A stretch of 63,423 nucleotides of DNA, filler included, from Folioceros fuciformis (lineage: Eukaryota): the NCBI GenBank assembly GCA_049999805.1. It is 3 parts of 2 records of this genome, joined end to end, with 100 filler letters (N's around TTAATTAATTAA, not from the genome) between each part and the next. Parts side by side here need not be neighbours in the genome. Positions count along the whole stretch, not along the records: positions 28,621 to 56,670 come from JBNGIO010006327.1; positions 56,771 to 63,423 come from JBNGIO010006340.1; 1 more part is not named here. One strand, 5' to 3'. The position numbers and the translations under genes are program-made. The first letter of the stretch is position 1, and the number at the start of each line of letters is the position of its first letter. Below, piece by piece: positions 50,561 through 61,700 of this stretch. A model generated the notes under the pieces. It was given only the letters and a program-made list of their open reading frames with translations. It was not told the DNA's origin and made no database searches.

Positions 50561-53500
50561 CTACTTCTTGTCCTTCTCTTTAGACTTAGATGCCTTGTCT
50601 TTCTTTTCCTCTGGCTGAGGCTGTTCTTCCGAGCTCCCAGCCGTAGGTGGTGGTGCTTTAGACTGTGCATTTGGCCTCCAGTTCTCACCAGCATACAGGG
50701 CCTTATCTCCCAATTCTTCTTCGATCCGAAGAAGCTGAAGTAGAAAACCTAGTGGGTGAATGCGAGGCGCAGCTACCCTGAAAACAATCCGGCGAGAGTA
50801 TTTCCGGGGTAGTTTGAACATACCTGATTGTACTTCGCAAGTCGCTCACTTCTACACGGCGCACCCGTCTTTATCTGGCCAGTACCTAAACCGACAGACA
50901 AATCTGCAATGAAAGAGTCTTCAGTCTCCCCACTTCTGTGAGAGGCCATGACACCCCAACCTGCAGCTTTCGCCATTTTCACCGCTTCAATGGATTCAGT
51001 GACCGTTCCGATCTGATTGACCTGCTTCCAGACGAAATAGACTGTGAGCACTGCGAGCCTGACTTGAAATGGAGACCACAGAACAACGGGTAGCCCTTTC
51101 ACCTTGAGCAGAAGCGCGTTGCAGGTGTTGTCGGCGATGGCCTTTTCCACCCGTTTCGGATTTGTGACAAGCAAATCATCACCGACAACCTGCGAGAAAG
51201 AAAGCCCAGCATTTGATCAAATGAGAGGAAGGAACTCCTTGGATGCACTACAGCTCACAGTTACCCAAAAAAACTACCTGACAAATACCAAGACTGGTTA
51301 ATGACTTTGTGTTGGCCCAGTCATCCTGTTCGAACGGATCCTCAATTGACACAATAGGGTAGTCTGCATCAAACAGAGGGAAAACTTATCTTGACAGCCA
51401 TCCTATGGGACAAAAGCCATCAATCAAATCCCGGCAGCCAAGGACAGCAAGTTGTCAGCGTCAGTTGAAAATGTTGCGTGCCTGTACAGAGCTGTTTGTA
51501 CATTTCTATCATTTCATCTCCTGTTTTCTTCTGCTCTCCTCCACTATCTGGATTCTTGAAATCCAGGTCGTACTTTTTATCATCTGCTACGACTCCACGA
51601 CTCAAATGTTGAGAAATGGTATTCATCGAGACAGATGGACATGTACAAATCAAGTCACAGCAACTGGACATGAACCTGTGTAAAATTCACTAGCAGCAAC
51701 ATCCATCCCGATTTGAACTTTGCCTTTGTAATCTGCTCGTTCAATAGCCTCTACGATCAAGTCAAGCCCCTCTTTGCTACTGCAGAGAAAACCCTTTCCT
51801 TTCAGCCCAAAAGAGTATAACTTCAACAATGAAAACGTGTAAGTTCAAAACTTTCATACCTGGAGATATTGGGCGCGAATCCCCCTTCATCACCAACATT
51901 GCAAGCATCTATCCCATACTTCTCTTTAATTACCGCCTGTAATGTGGACTTGTATAGGTTAATTGAGACCTAACTTGACTGTAATTCCTGATCCTCAGCA
52001 CCTTCACACCCAGCATCACCTTGAGATGGTGGTATGTCTCGGAACCCATGCGCATGGCTTCCACAAAGGTGCGGGCTCCAACTGGTAGAATCATGAATTC
52101 CTATGACATGTAGATCACAATGGGTGACAAAAGAGTAAATAGACTTCGATAGTCCATCCCGATGTAACATTTCTTTTCCTGTCTAGCTTCGAGTCATGTA
52201 TGGTGAATTTTGTCGGTTCTAATTTGTCAAGTGATTTGAGTCACCTATTATTTCATTTGCTTGTGCTACGGTGAATCTTTGTTGCGATGATCCCTCAAAG
52301 TTAGTAAATCAAAATGAATTCCAACCGAGCCGAGTATATATATACCTGGAACGCAAGCTTATTCCCAGCATGTTCTCCACCATTGATGATGTTGAACGCT
52401 GGGACGGGAAGGACTAGTTTGGTATTCCGTGCAATATCTGCAATGTGTTGATACAACGGCACCTGCATAACACATTAAAGACAAATGAAGAGAGAACAAG
52501 TATTCAAAGAAAGATTTGAAGGTTTGCAAGCTAGAGCTCAGTCAGAGCACAAGAATGTATATGCAATGAAATTCAAGTGGTGAAGGCCAACCGCTGCATG
52601 GTACCTCCTTCTCTGCAGCTCCAGCTTTGCAGACAGCCAAAGATACCGCAAGGATTGCATTTGCGCCAAGCTCAGCCTGCAGAGGGTGTCAAGAGATCTC
52701 AATACTTTCAAAGGATCAACTGACCAGCAACGGATCAGATTTCTGTTCCTCAAGGTCTACAAAGGTGTGAGACCTACCTTGTTCTCTGTTTTGTCCAGGT
52801 CAATCATGACTTTATCAATTTCAGCCTGTTGAGTTGGATCCATGCCATAGAGTGCCGGATGGATTCTTTCATTGACATTAGCCACAGCTTTAAGAACGCC
52901 CTTCCCCATGTATCTGTCTTTCTCGTTGTCCCGGAGCTCAACAGCTTCATGGCTGGCAAACGAAAGACAAATGGGAATGAATGATGACTTGGCCCAAAGG
53001 GAACACTCAAAATGGACTCCAGCACCACTTTTCCGAAACGAAACTGAACTGAACTGCATACATTCCGGTGGAAGCTCCGCTAGGAACTGCAGCCCGGAAC
53101 CTGCCCTTATTTGTCTGAAGATCTACTTCAACTGTGGGATTTCCGCGACTGTCAAAGATTTGCCGAGCCTTCACCTTCTGTATGACTGATGGCATTGCCT
53201 TCTTCAAGTGATTGGACTGCACAGACATTTGTGCGCAACTTACTCAGCAGGAGTGTGGACTGTATCAACCGGTTACAGTTCAAACAGGGCACATATACAG
53301 AACTTGGACACCACTCGCAGGTACCAACAAGAATTTCCTAAAAATCTTTGCAGTTATAAAGTTAGATGCGGTGCGCAAACTACCGCAAGATATCCTCTTC
53401 TCACAGCATACAAATCTCTATGCACAGAGACAGCTCATTTGCTGAAATTGACCGTGAAGCAACTGTGCCAAGAACGTGGAGAATGACAATACTGACAATA

Positions 53501-53610
53501 CGTACGATGAATAGAATGGGCTCCGTCGCCTTGGAGCGAACTGCTGCGTTCACTGCCTCTTCTATCCGTATTGACATCTGGTGCTTCTCGAGGTACTCTT
53601 GGACAGACAT
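50561..53610 (-). CDS. ENO3: Enolase, ENO3/ENOc type, copy 2, 510 aa, 13 exons (53610-53506, 53216-53062, 52952-52778, 52676-52605, 52462-52346, 52100-52020, 51936-51860, 51779-51676, 51583-51482, 51363-51278, 51189-51103, 51021-50824, 50734-50561)
   Basis: [10 protein letters not shown] start and all enolase motifs present. In-frame model of 1533 nt. Lys/Glu-rich C-terminal extension. Confidence 0.95.
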
Positions 53611-54604
53611 CTTGGCTTACTTCCCAATTCACAGCAATTTGCTTCAATCCTGTGACGCTCCAGTCCTCCGGAGGTTCTTGTGCACATATAACCCCTGCAG
53701 CGTGGTTGCAATTAGCTACAAAACAGAGGAATTGAAACATGCAGGGCTGGTGATCGCGACCGGTTCTTCGGTACAGCTTTCTTCCATGCTTTGTGATTTG
53801 CAAAATATCACTAGGAGGCGCACAGCAGAGAGCGATTTCAATCGGAAAAACGATTTGTCTAGTGCAGACTTTGTGCGCCGGAAAGTCTCCACTGTCTCTA
53901 CTTGAAATGAAACCATTAATCAGCAAATGATCGCGAAAAACACTGAGAGTCACTGCCAGACACTGGAAGCACCGAAATTGGACTGCCACGTTTTGGGCTT
54001 TGCCATGGGAAATGGCTGCAACAACTAGTCTCGAGTTGCTGCCCGTTTTCTCATACCGCCATCGGTGTCCAACAATTGAGTGTTATTTACAACGGTGTCT
54101 ACCATTGTCCAGGTGGAAAGCTATAGAGGTCGCTTTCTTTCTACTTGAAGCTCCAGTTACTAAACAGTTAGAAGGCGGACGGTAGACAGCCACCGAATCG
54201 GACTTCTGCGTTGCTATTGTTGCTGAACCCTGTATACCCCAGACCTGTGAAAAATATACTCTGCGTGACTACAGAGTTGAAAAACGGTGGCGAACTAATA
54301 ACAATGATGTCACGGTGCCGAATGTCCGGCATACAGCAAAAGAATTCCAGGGCGCATTCGAAAGGAGACTAACAATGTGAGACAGTTTTACGACATTTGC
54401 AATGGAGTTTAACAGACATACGATCCACTATCAGTCTCCACCAGTTAGTAAAGTATTCCTCGACACCTTCCTGCTAGTCGGGAGAATGTCTGGAAGACAT
54501 GTAGTTCAGGGCAGTTGATGTCTTCAGTCGAGCCACATTTGGAAAAAGAACCTACTCTACTGCGGTCCCGTTTGCTACTGTTAGCTTTGCCATGATACAG
54601 TTTT

Positions 54605-56623
54605 TCAATCTATTTCTCCTTCCTCTACGTCTCCCGCATCACCATTCTCCTCCACTTTGAGAGAGGGGTCATCCCGGTGTTCCTCCTCTTCTTCTTCGTC
54701 TTGGCGCATAAAAAGGCCTAATTGTTCTAAAGGTCTAATGCCAGGGCCACCAAAATTTGGACGACCCTCCGGAGATCCATCTGGACTACCATCTTCACCT
54801 GAGCTGGGGAGATCCAGCTGTGTAGTTCCCATCCTCTCCAGATCTTTCAAAATTTCTGAGTTCTCATCTATCTCAACAGTCTTCTCCATCTGCTCATCCC
54901 AAGGAGAGCATTAACATTTGCGAAACAGCAAAGGCGTCTAGACATCAATGCTCGTTCACATCTACCTAGTATGCTACACAAGTTGTACATGCTGACCTGT
55001 TGAAGGGCTACACGGGCAGCTTCTCTCTCGGCCTCCCTCTTCCGAAGCTGCTCAGCAAGAGCTTCGGCCTGTGCCTTTTTCCTGGCAGCCTCGGCAGCTT
55101 TCGCTTCAGCTTGCAGCCGAGCTTTCTCTGCAGGGGTGTGCTGCTGCTTGCTTAGAGAACTTCGTGGATTCCCAACCACAGGAATACACCAGATAACTGA
55201 AGTAAAGTAACACGACCCCACTACCAAATATACCTTCTCTCTGGCGTTTTTCCATTTCCTCTCGTTCTCTCTTCATCTTCTCGGGATCAACCTTCTCACC
55301 CTGTGCAGAAACTATGCACATTAGCGTAACATTAGGCATCGCTACAACCGGACAGATGACTTAACACGGCAAGGATTACCTTGCTAGAGGGACATGTCTT
55401 TTCTTGAGCTTTCAGAATGGTATCCGCAAACCGATCCCTCATTCTGGCAGCCCGCAGCAACTTCTCAGGGGAGAGTTGCCTCTCAGGTGGAACATCTGGA
55501 GAGCCTTGCCTGTCACCACCGGAACCAGGTGACACTTGTGCCTCTGTTGCTGGACGGGGTGAGGTATCGGAGCCCCGAGGGGCCAGAGAATTTCCAGCTG
55601 TTGCAGGTGAACATCGTTCAACCAGTGCAGTGACAGATGAACTCTTCTCAGCGGGCTTGCAGAATTTGAAAGAGCGAGAATCAACAACTAGAGGTGAACA
55701 ACTCCCATGACTTCTATTCTCGGCAGCTTCAGACAAGATTCCCCCTCTGCCAGATACTACTTCACCTACACCACATCACACCAGAGGGTAAGAACAGCTG
55801 GCGGTGCTCGAGCAATTAGACAACAAGGCCACTCATCTACAAAAGCAGACCTCCATTGGCATCCTGTTCCCGAGAATCCACTGGCGCCAGGCCTGTGCCC
55901 TTCACACTATGAGTCTCAGCGGCAGAGCTGCCCACTTGGTCACAGACGGTGCCTGAACCCAAGGGTTCCTGCAGGAGCGGCAGTGCAGAGAAACAACACC
56001 CTCAGCCTCATCTACAACAGCTATCCACTAGCACTATGATGACAGCACACGATTGTCCCTGCTACCCAATAGACCCACACATACTACATCTCCTCCGGGA
56101 TCCCACAGAGCAGCAACAAACAAACCTTGTTCTGTGGCGAGCCCTTGGCACCTCCCTCAACAGACTGGGCTTCGTCTACATCAGAGTCACTGCCTGATGA
56201 GCTGCCGGAATCTGAATCTGAGGGCCAAATTACCGAGTTAGAGCACAGGCAACACCAGCTAGACGAGGGAGACACAACACACCGACCCCAAGATGAGCGG
56301 CAAATCAAAGGAAGCCACCCAGGAGAAGACTCTTACCACTGTCAGAAGATCCCGAGTCACTGCCTGAGCTGCTAGAACTGCTGGACTTCGCACCAAATGC
56401 TGCGGCATCCTTATCTACCTCAACTGCAGGAAACTGAGCAGAGGGGGCATCGTCACCATCGATATCAACCTCTTCCTCCCCACCCTCACCTGCATGAAGT
56501 AATGTAAGTAGTGAGTTGTGTGCGAGGACAGCGGCAGGAAAATGTCCAACAAAAATAAAAGGGCACTACCAACTCACCTTTCCGTGCTTTCTTGGGAGTC
56601 TCTCCAGTCACGGTGGCAGGCGC
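54605..56623 (-). CDS. 3' half of a GTE8/9/10-like BET-family transcription factor; bromodomain and ET exons are not in the window
   Basis: EEEVDIDGDD...FPAVEVDKD plus Ser tract, ERQLSPEKLLRAARMRDRFADTILKAQEK, REAEREAARVALQQMEKTVEIDEN, PLEQLGLFM and DVEEGEID*. Canonical introns. Confidence 0.88.
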
Positions 56624-56770
56624 CTGCAGCATCACCCACAGCAATGAGATTTAAAATACAACATAGTGCTNNNNNNNNNNNNNNNNNNNNNNNNNNNNNN
56701 NNNNNNNNNNNNNNTTAATTAATTAANNNNNNNNNNNNNNNNNNNNNNNNNNNNNNNNNNNNNNNNNNNN

Positions 56771-58765
56771 AAATGTCCAGGTATTCGGCACCAATGACAA
56801 GTGCCTTTCTTCTTCTGACCAGGTGCAAACGAAGTTAATACAGGATAAGGACGGCCACGTCCTCGACCTCGTCCTCTACCACGGCCACGCTGGGTGTAGA
56901 GAACTTGAGTATTATGCTGTTGCTGACCGCGCCCGGTAGCAACTCTACTAGACTCCTCCTCTAGCAGTGCGCCGACTACTTGAGAGAAGGTAATATTTGC
57001 ACCTGCTTGATTAGCGAAATTTGTTTGGGTTGTCACAAAAGCTCGATAGCTACGTGGCAAAGAGATGAGAAGGACTGTGATAGCCTTCATCTCCGTCAAA
57101 ATGTCACCTCCAGTTGCCAACCTCGCACGAAGAGTGCGAAATCTGTGTAGGTGATTCTCCACACTGTCTGTCTCCTTCATTCGAAGGCCATAAAGTTGTC
57201 TTGTAGCATTGATAAGCGACATGCCGTCCTTGGCGGCGAACATGTCCTTAAACACCAGCCATATTCCAGCAGAAGTAGTTTGCCCATAAGTATGCTGAAG
57301 CATATTCTTGTCAAGTGCTGAAATGAGGATGCAACGTGCCCTCTTATCTAACTTAATCCAGGCTTGTATTTCAGGGTCTGTCCCTTTTGGAACAGTTAAA
57401 GCTGGATTCACTGTCTTTCCAGTGACAATATCTAGGAGTTCATACTCCTCAAAGATGGCCTCCATTCGAAGCTCCCAAGAAGGATAATCTGTCCCGTTAA
57501 ACCTGTCTTTATCCTTGATTTCAATTTTAATAGTGTTATTGATTGTTGTGCTCGTTGCCATGGGTAAAGGGTTTGGATTTTGATTCGGTGATGGGTAGGG
57601 AAAACGAGGTGTCCTGGGGTATCTGTATGGAGGTGACCACATACCGCTGTTGAGAGGTGCTGTGAACCTAACCTGCTGTCTAAGTGCTAAAGGATTGAGG
57701 ACTCATTGTCATGATCAAACATCTTCGCAAGTGAACCTAAGATATGTTCTATGGGTTCAGGTACATCCTTCAGGCCAAATGATTGAGCAGAAAGTGAGAC
57801 ATCTGAAAGCGTAGGTTCCGGAGGCCTTGGGCTGGAAACGTGTGAGTGTCTAGTTAATTGGTCTAGAGTGTGAATGGCCTGAGACAATTTCTTGTGCAGG
57901 AGGGCTATTTGCTTCAGCAATTGTACTTGATCTTTTCTGTAGGACTGATTAGACAAAAGTGCTTGGTCTATTAAGAAGCCTACTGTAGATTTCAAGTGCT
58001 TTATTAAAAAATGGTCTTATGGACAGGTTACAAAATAGGTAGAAGGTGGATGGCGAGCCTGAGGCCTATCCAGCGCTCGCTGGACATTGCAACAATGGCA
58101 GCGGGAACAGGGCTGAGAAAATCCCAATTGAAAAGGATGTTGGTGAGCACAAAACCTGTCCTTATTTCTATTCTTGTTTCGCGTCATCGTGCTGTAGATA
58201 TCAGTGTGAGCGCCTCTGATTGCGCTCCCATCTCCTAATGTCTCGCTAGTATTATAAGAGAGAATCAAAATAAGCTCACTTCTCCTGTTCTTGCCAGGGA
58301 GTGCTCAAGGGAGGTGCTATCCAGATTGGGTAAGATAATGCAGCATACTCCATGTTCACTCGCTCTACAATCCTCGAAAGAAAATGCGAATAGTTGCCGC
58401 CCAAGATTTAATCCAGAAAATGGATGTGAATACAGATGCCTAGGGTTTGATACACAATCATCTGTAGACATTCAAATCTGCCGCAAGGAGAGGGCAGACC
58501 TCATGCCAAGAGGGACCCCAACACGCTCAGATGGCTCTGATAGCATATTGTAATTGCGTCATCGCAACCCAGAATGATGCATAGTTCATGTGGAGAGCGG
58601 GAGAGACACCGAGCACGAGAGCACAAAACTAATTACTGCAATTAGGGCTTTTGTGTCATAAATAATGTATTTTACGAAACTGATTACTTAACCTAAAATG
58701 CTACCAAACACTAATATTGTTTAAATACGAGTTAGAGTCTGCATAACTAAACGTGTACTCCAACA
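56771..58765 (-). mobile_element. Copia D downstream unit: LTR 58765-58549, PBS-like TGCTATCAGAGCC (58545-58533), about 0.9-kb leader, gag running to the gap
   Basis: 217-bp TG..CA LTR. Gag frame 57642-56771. 56771-57402 looks identical to 62792-63423. Confidence 0.9.
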
Positions 58766-61700
58766 CCCCCTCTCAGACCTAACTCGGACTCATATCTTGT
58801 TACGTGTACAAGGTAAACACTCCACAGTCTGTGCATAGCAAGCTGCTCGAGCTTGAGCCCCCTGAATCCTTGCATGTTGTCCGTGGCGAACTTGCTAGAA
58901 CTCGCCATGGTCATATTGCTAGCCTGTCCCCGGGCCAAGGGCGCAACACCACAAGTACCGAAGCCAGCATCAATCGACGCAGCGCGAGGGTCGTAGGAGA
59001 AGCGTGAAGCTGAAATAGCATAAGACGGAAAAAAAAAGGGCATTGACAGTGAGTGAGTAAAACTGGTGTGTTGATTCAGTCCTGATTGGATAACCTTGAA
59101 GATTCATCCAAGGCTGAACGTCCGTGGATGCATGCAGGCCGAGATCCTGGGATTGTGCTGTGCGCTACACACAGGAGTTGTTGGATCAAAGGATGCCCCA
59201 ACGCTGCTGAGAATCCATGGCCGACTGGGTTATTCAGCAGCCGGTGTAGGCCGAGCTGTTGCTCCTGCAAGCTCCGTGACACAAGTAGCTGCACTCGTTA
59301 AGCCTAGTGAGGCACTGTGTTGTTGATGAACGGCCTTTGGTAATCCTTTCGTCAATAAGTCGGCAACATTAGCTGAAGTGTGGACATAGCATAGCTTGAT
59401 TGTCTTCTGCTCTACGGCTTGGCGGATATAATGGAACTGGATTTCTATATGTTTTGACCTGGCATGCAGTATAGGATTAGCCGTGAGGGCTATAGCTGAC
59501 TGGTTATCGCATTGGAGCAAGGTGGGATCCGGCTGTTTCCAGTGTATGCCTTCTAAGAACTGACGGACCCATGTAATCTCCCTTGCAGCTAAGGACAAGG
59601 CGCCATATTCGGCTTCGGTCAAAGAAAGGCTGACTGTGGACAACTTCTTAGACTGCCAGCTTATAGCTGAACCTTGGAGGATCACATAATATGCAGCAAC
59701 AGACTTCCTCGAATCCACGTCTCCTGCCCAGTCTGCATCCGAAAAAGCTGTGAGCATATCATCCCCTGTCCCTGAATATCGAAGGTACATGTTCTGGGTG
59801 CCTTTCAAATAGCGGAGGATCCGCTTCACAGCTACCCAATGCTTGTATCCAGGGTTATGCAGGAAACGGGAAACGACACCTACAGCAAGGGATATATCCG
59901 GCCTTGTCCAACCGGCCAGGTACAACAAACTGCCCATTGCCTCACGGTAAGGAACCATAAGCATGCTGGCTTTCTCAGCATCAGTTGTTGGGCAGTCCTC
60001 CAGTGACAATTTTTCGCTTGTTGATACAGGAGTTGAAACAGGATTCATTGCCTGTAGATTAAACTTAGTCAGCAACTGTCTGATGAAATGAGATTGATGG
60101 ATACAAACGCTGGTCATAGAGGGGTCGAAGAAAAATTGTATCCCGAGTGCGAACTTCAAAGGTCCTACGTCGGTCATATCCCACTCGTGCGATAGTTCTC
60201 GCTTATTATATGTAAGTATTTCATGATCACTCGCAAAAATAAAATTGTCATCCACGTAAAGTGCAATGATGCATATCTTGTTGTCCTTGTGCAGCACATA
60301 GACACTGCAATTTGCAGCAAGGGGAACGAAACCTAACTTCCGAAGTTTCTTATCTGCCCTGATGTTCCAAGTCCGTGCAGATTGTTTGAGCCCATAGATT
60401 GACTTGAGTAAATGGCAAACCTTCGTGGGATCAGTAACGTACCCCTCAGGCTCAGTCATGTAGATAGTTTCATCAAGGTCTCCATTTAGGAAGGCCGTTT
60501 TAACGTCCATTTGATGGACTAACAATTGATGCCTGACAGCGTAGCATAAAAGTATCCGCATTGAAGTAGGCTTAACAACAGGGCTAAAGGTCTCTGTATA
60601 GTCAAGGCCCTGTACCTGAGTATATCCCCTGGCTACCAATCTGGCTTTGTAGCGTGCTACGGATCCGTCAGGAGCAAGTTTAAGCTTAAAAACCCACTTT
60701 GCGGTAATGGGCTTACGGTCAATAGGTAAGGTTACCAGTTCCCACGTGTTGTTCTGTATAAGGCTCTTATATTCACTGTCAATTGCCTTGCGCCACTCAT
60801 CCTTTAGGGGCCCTGACAAGGCTTCCTGATAGCTCAGAGGAGTGTCTGGTGGATCCAAAATTGCTGAGGCTGTGGCATGGGCAAACGCTGTAAGACTAAC
60901 ATGGGAATCTGGTTGTGGTGTGCGAGACACAAAACTGTCACTGGGGACATAGGGAGGATCGAGCCACTCTGACGGAGGTCGGTGAATACGTGTTGAACGA
61001 CGAAGGGCTGGTGGTTCAGGTTCAGCAGCGACATCAGGGTCAGGTATGTCAGATTCAGCCGGGTGTAAATCTTCTCCCACAAGCTGATCTGCAGGATCTA
61101 CAGGTAATGCGTCATCTACGTGTACAGGGACTGGAACTGGAAGATCAGGCTGCTGTACAGGAGGTAGAGGCTCATGCAAAGGTAAAGTAACCATGCTATC
61201 AACTAAATCTGTAGGAAAAATAGAGACATCTTGTTCTAACGCCTGATCTAATGGTTCTTGTGATAGCAGATGACCAAAAATCGAAGGTTTAGAGAGAGGC
61301 TTATGACTGGTGACAGATTGATGATGAGAGGTAAGAATAAGATTCTCATTGAAACTTACGTTGCGAGCAATGGTGAACCGCCTAGTATGGGGGTTATATA
61401 GCTTGTAACCTTTTGAGTGGTCAGCATAGCCAACAAAAACATGCTTAGTTGCCCGATTGTCCATTTTACCTCGTCGCTCGGATGGTGTGTAGGCATATGC
61501 AGCTGCACCAAATATACGAAGATGTCCGATCCGAGGTTTATTGCCAGACCAACGTTCAAAAGGAGTATAGCTAAAGGAAGGTTTCACTGGCATCCTATTC
61601 TGTATGTAGTTGACAGCAGCAATTGACTCTGCCCAATGACCTCTGGTGAGAGCTGCCGCTGATAAATTTGCTCGGCATCTTTCTTGAAGTGTGCGATTAT

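Noticed and set aside
53366-53989. ORFs of about 180 aa overlapping the start of enolase copy 2
   Set aside because: Out of frame or antisense to the enolase with no recognisable motifs. An in-frame TAA precedes the enolase ATG.
58747-59043. Possible env-like 3' ORF in Copia D
   Set aside because: Only 98 aa, no clear TM or coiled-coil segment, and it runs into the LTR.
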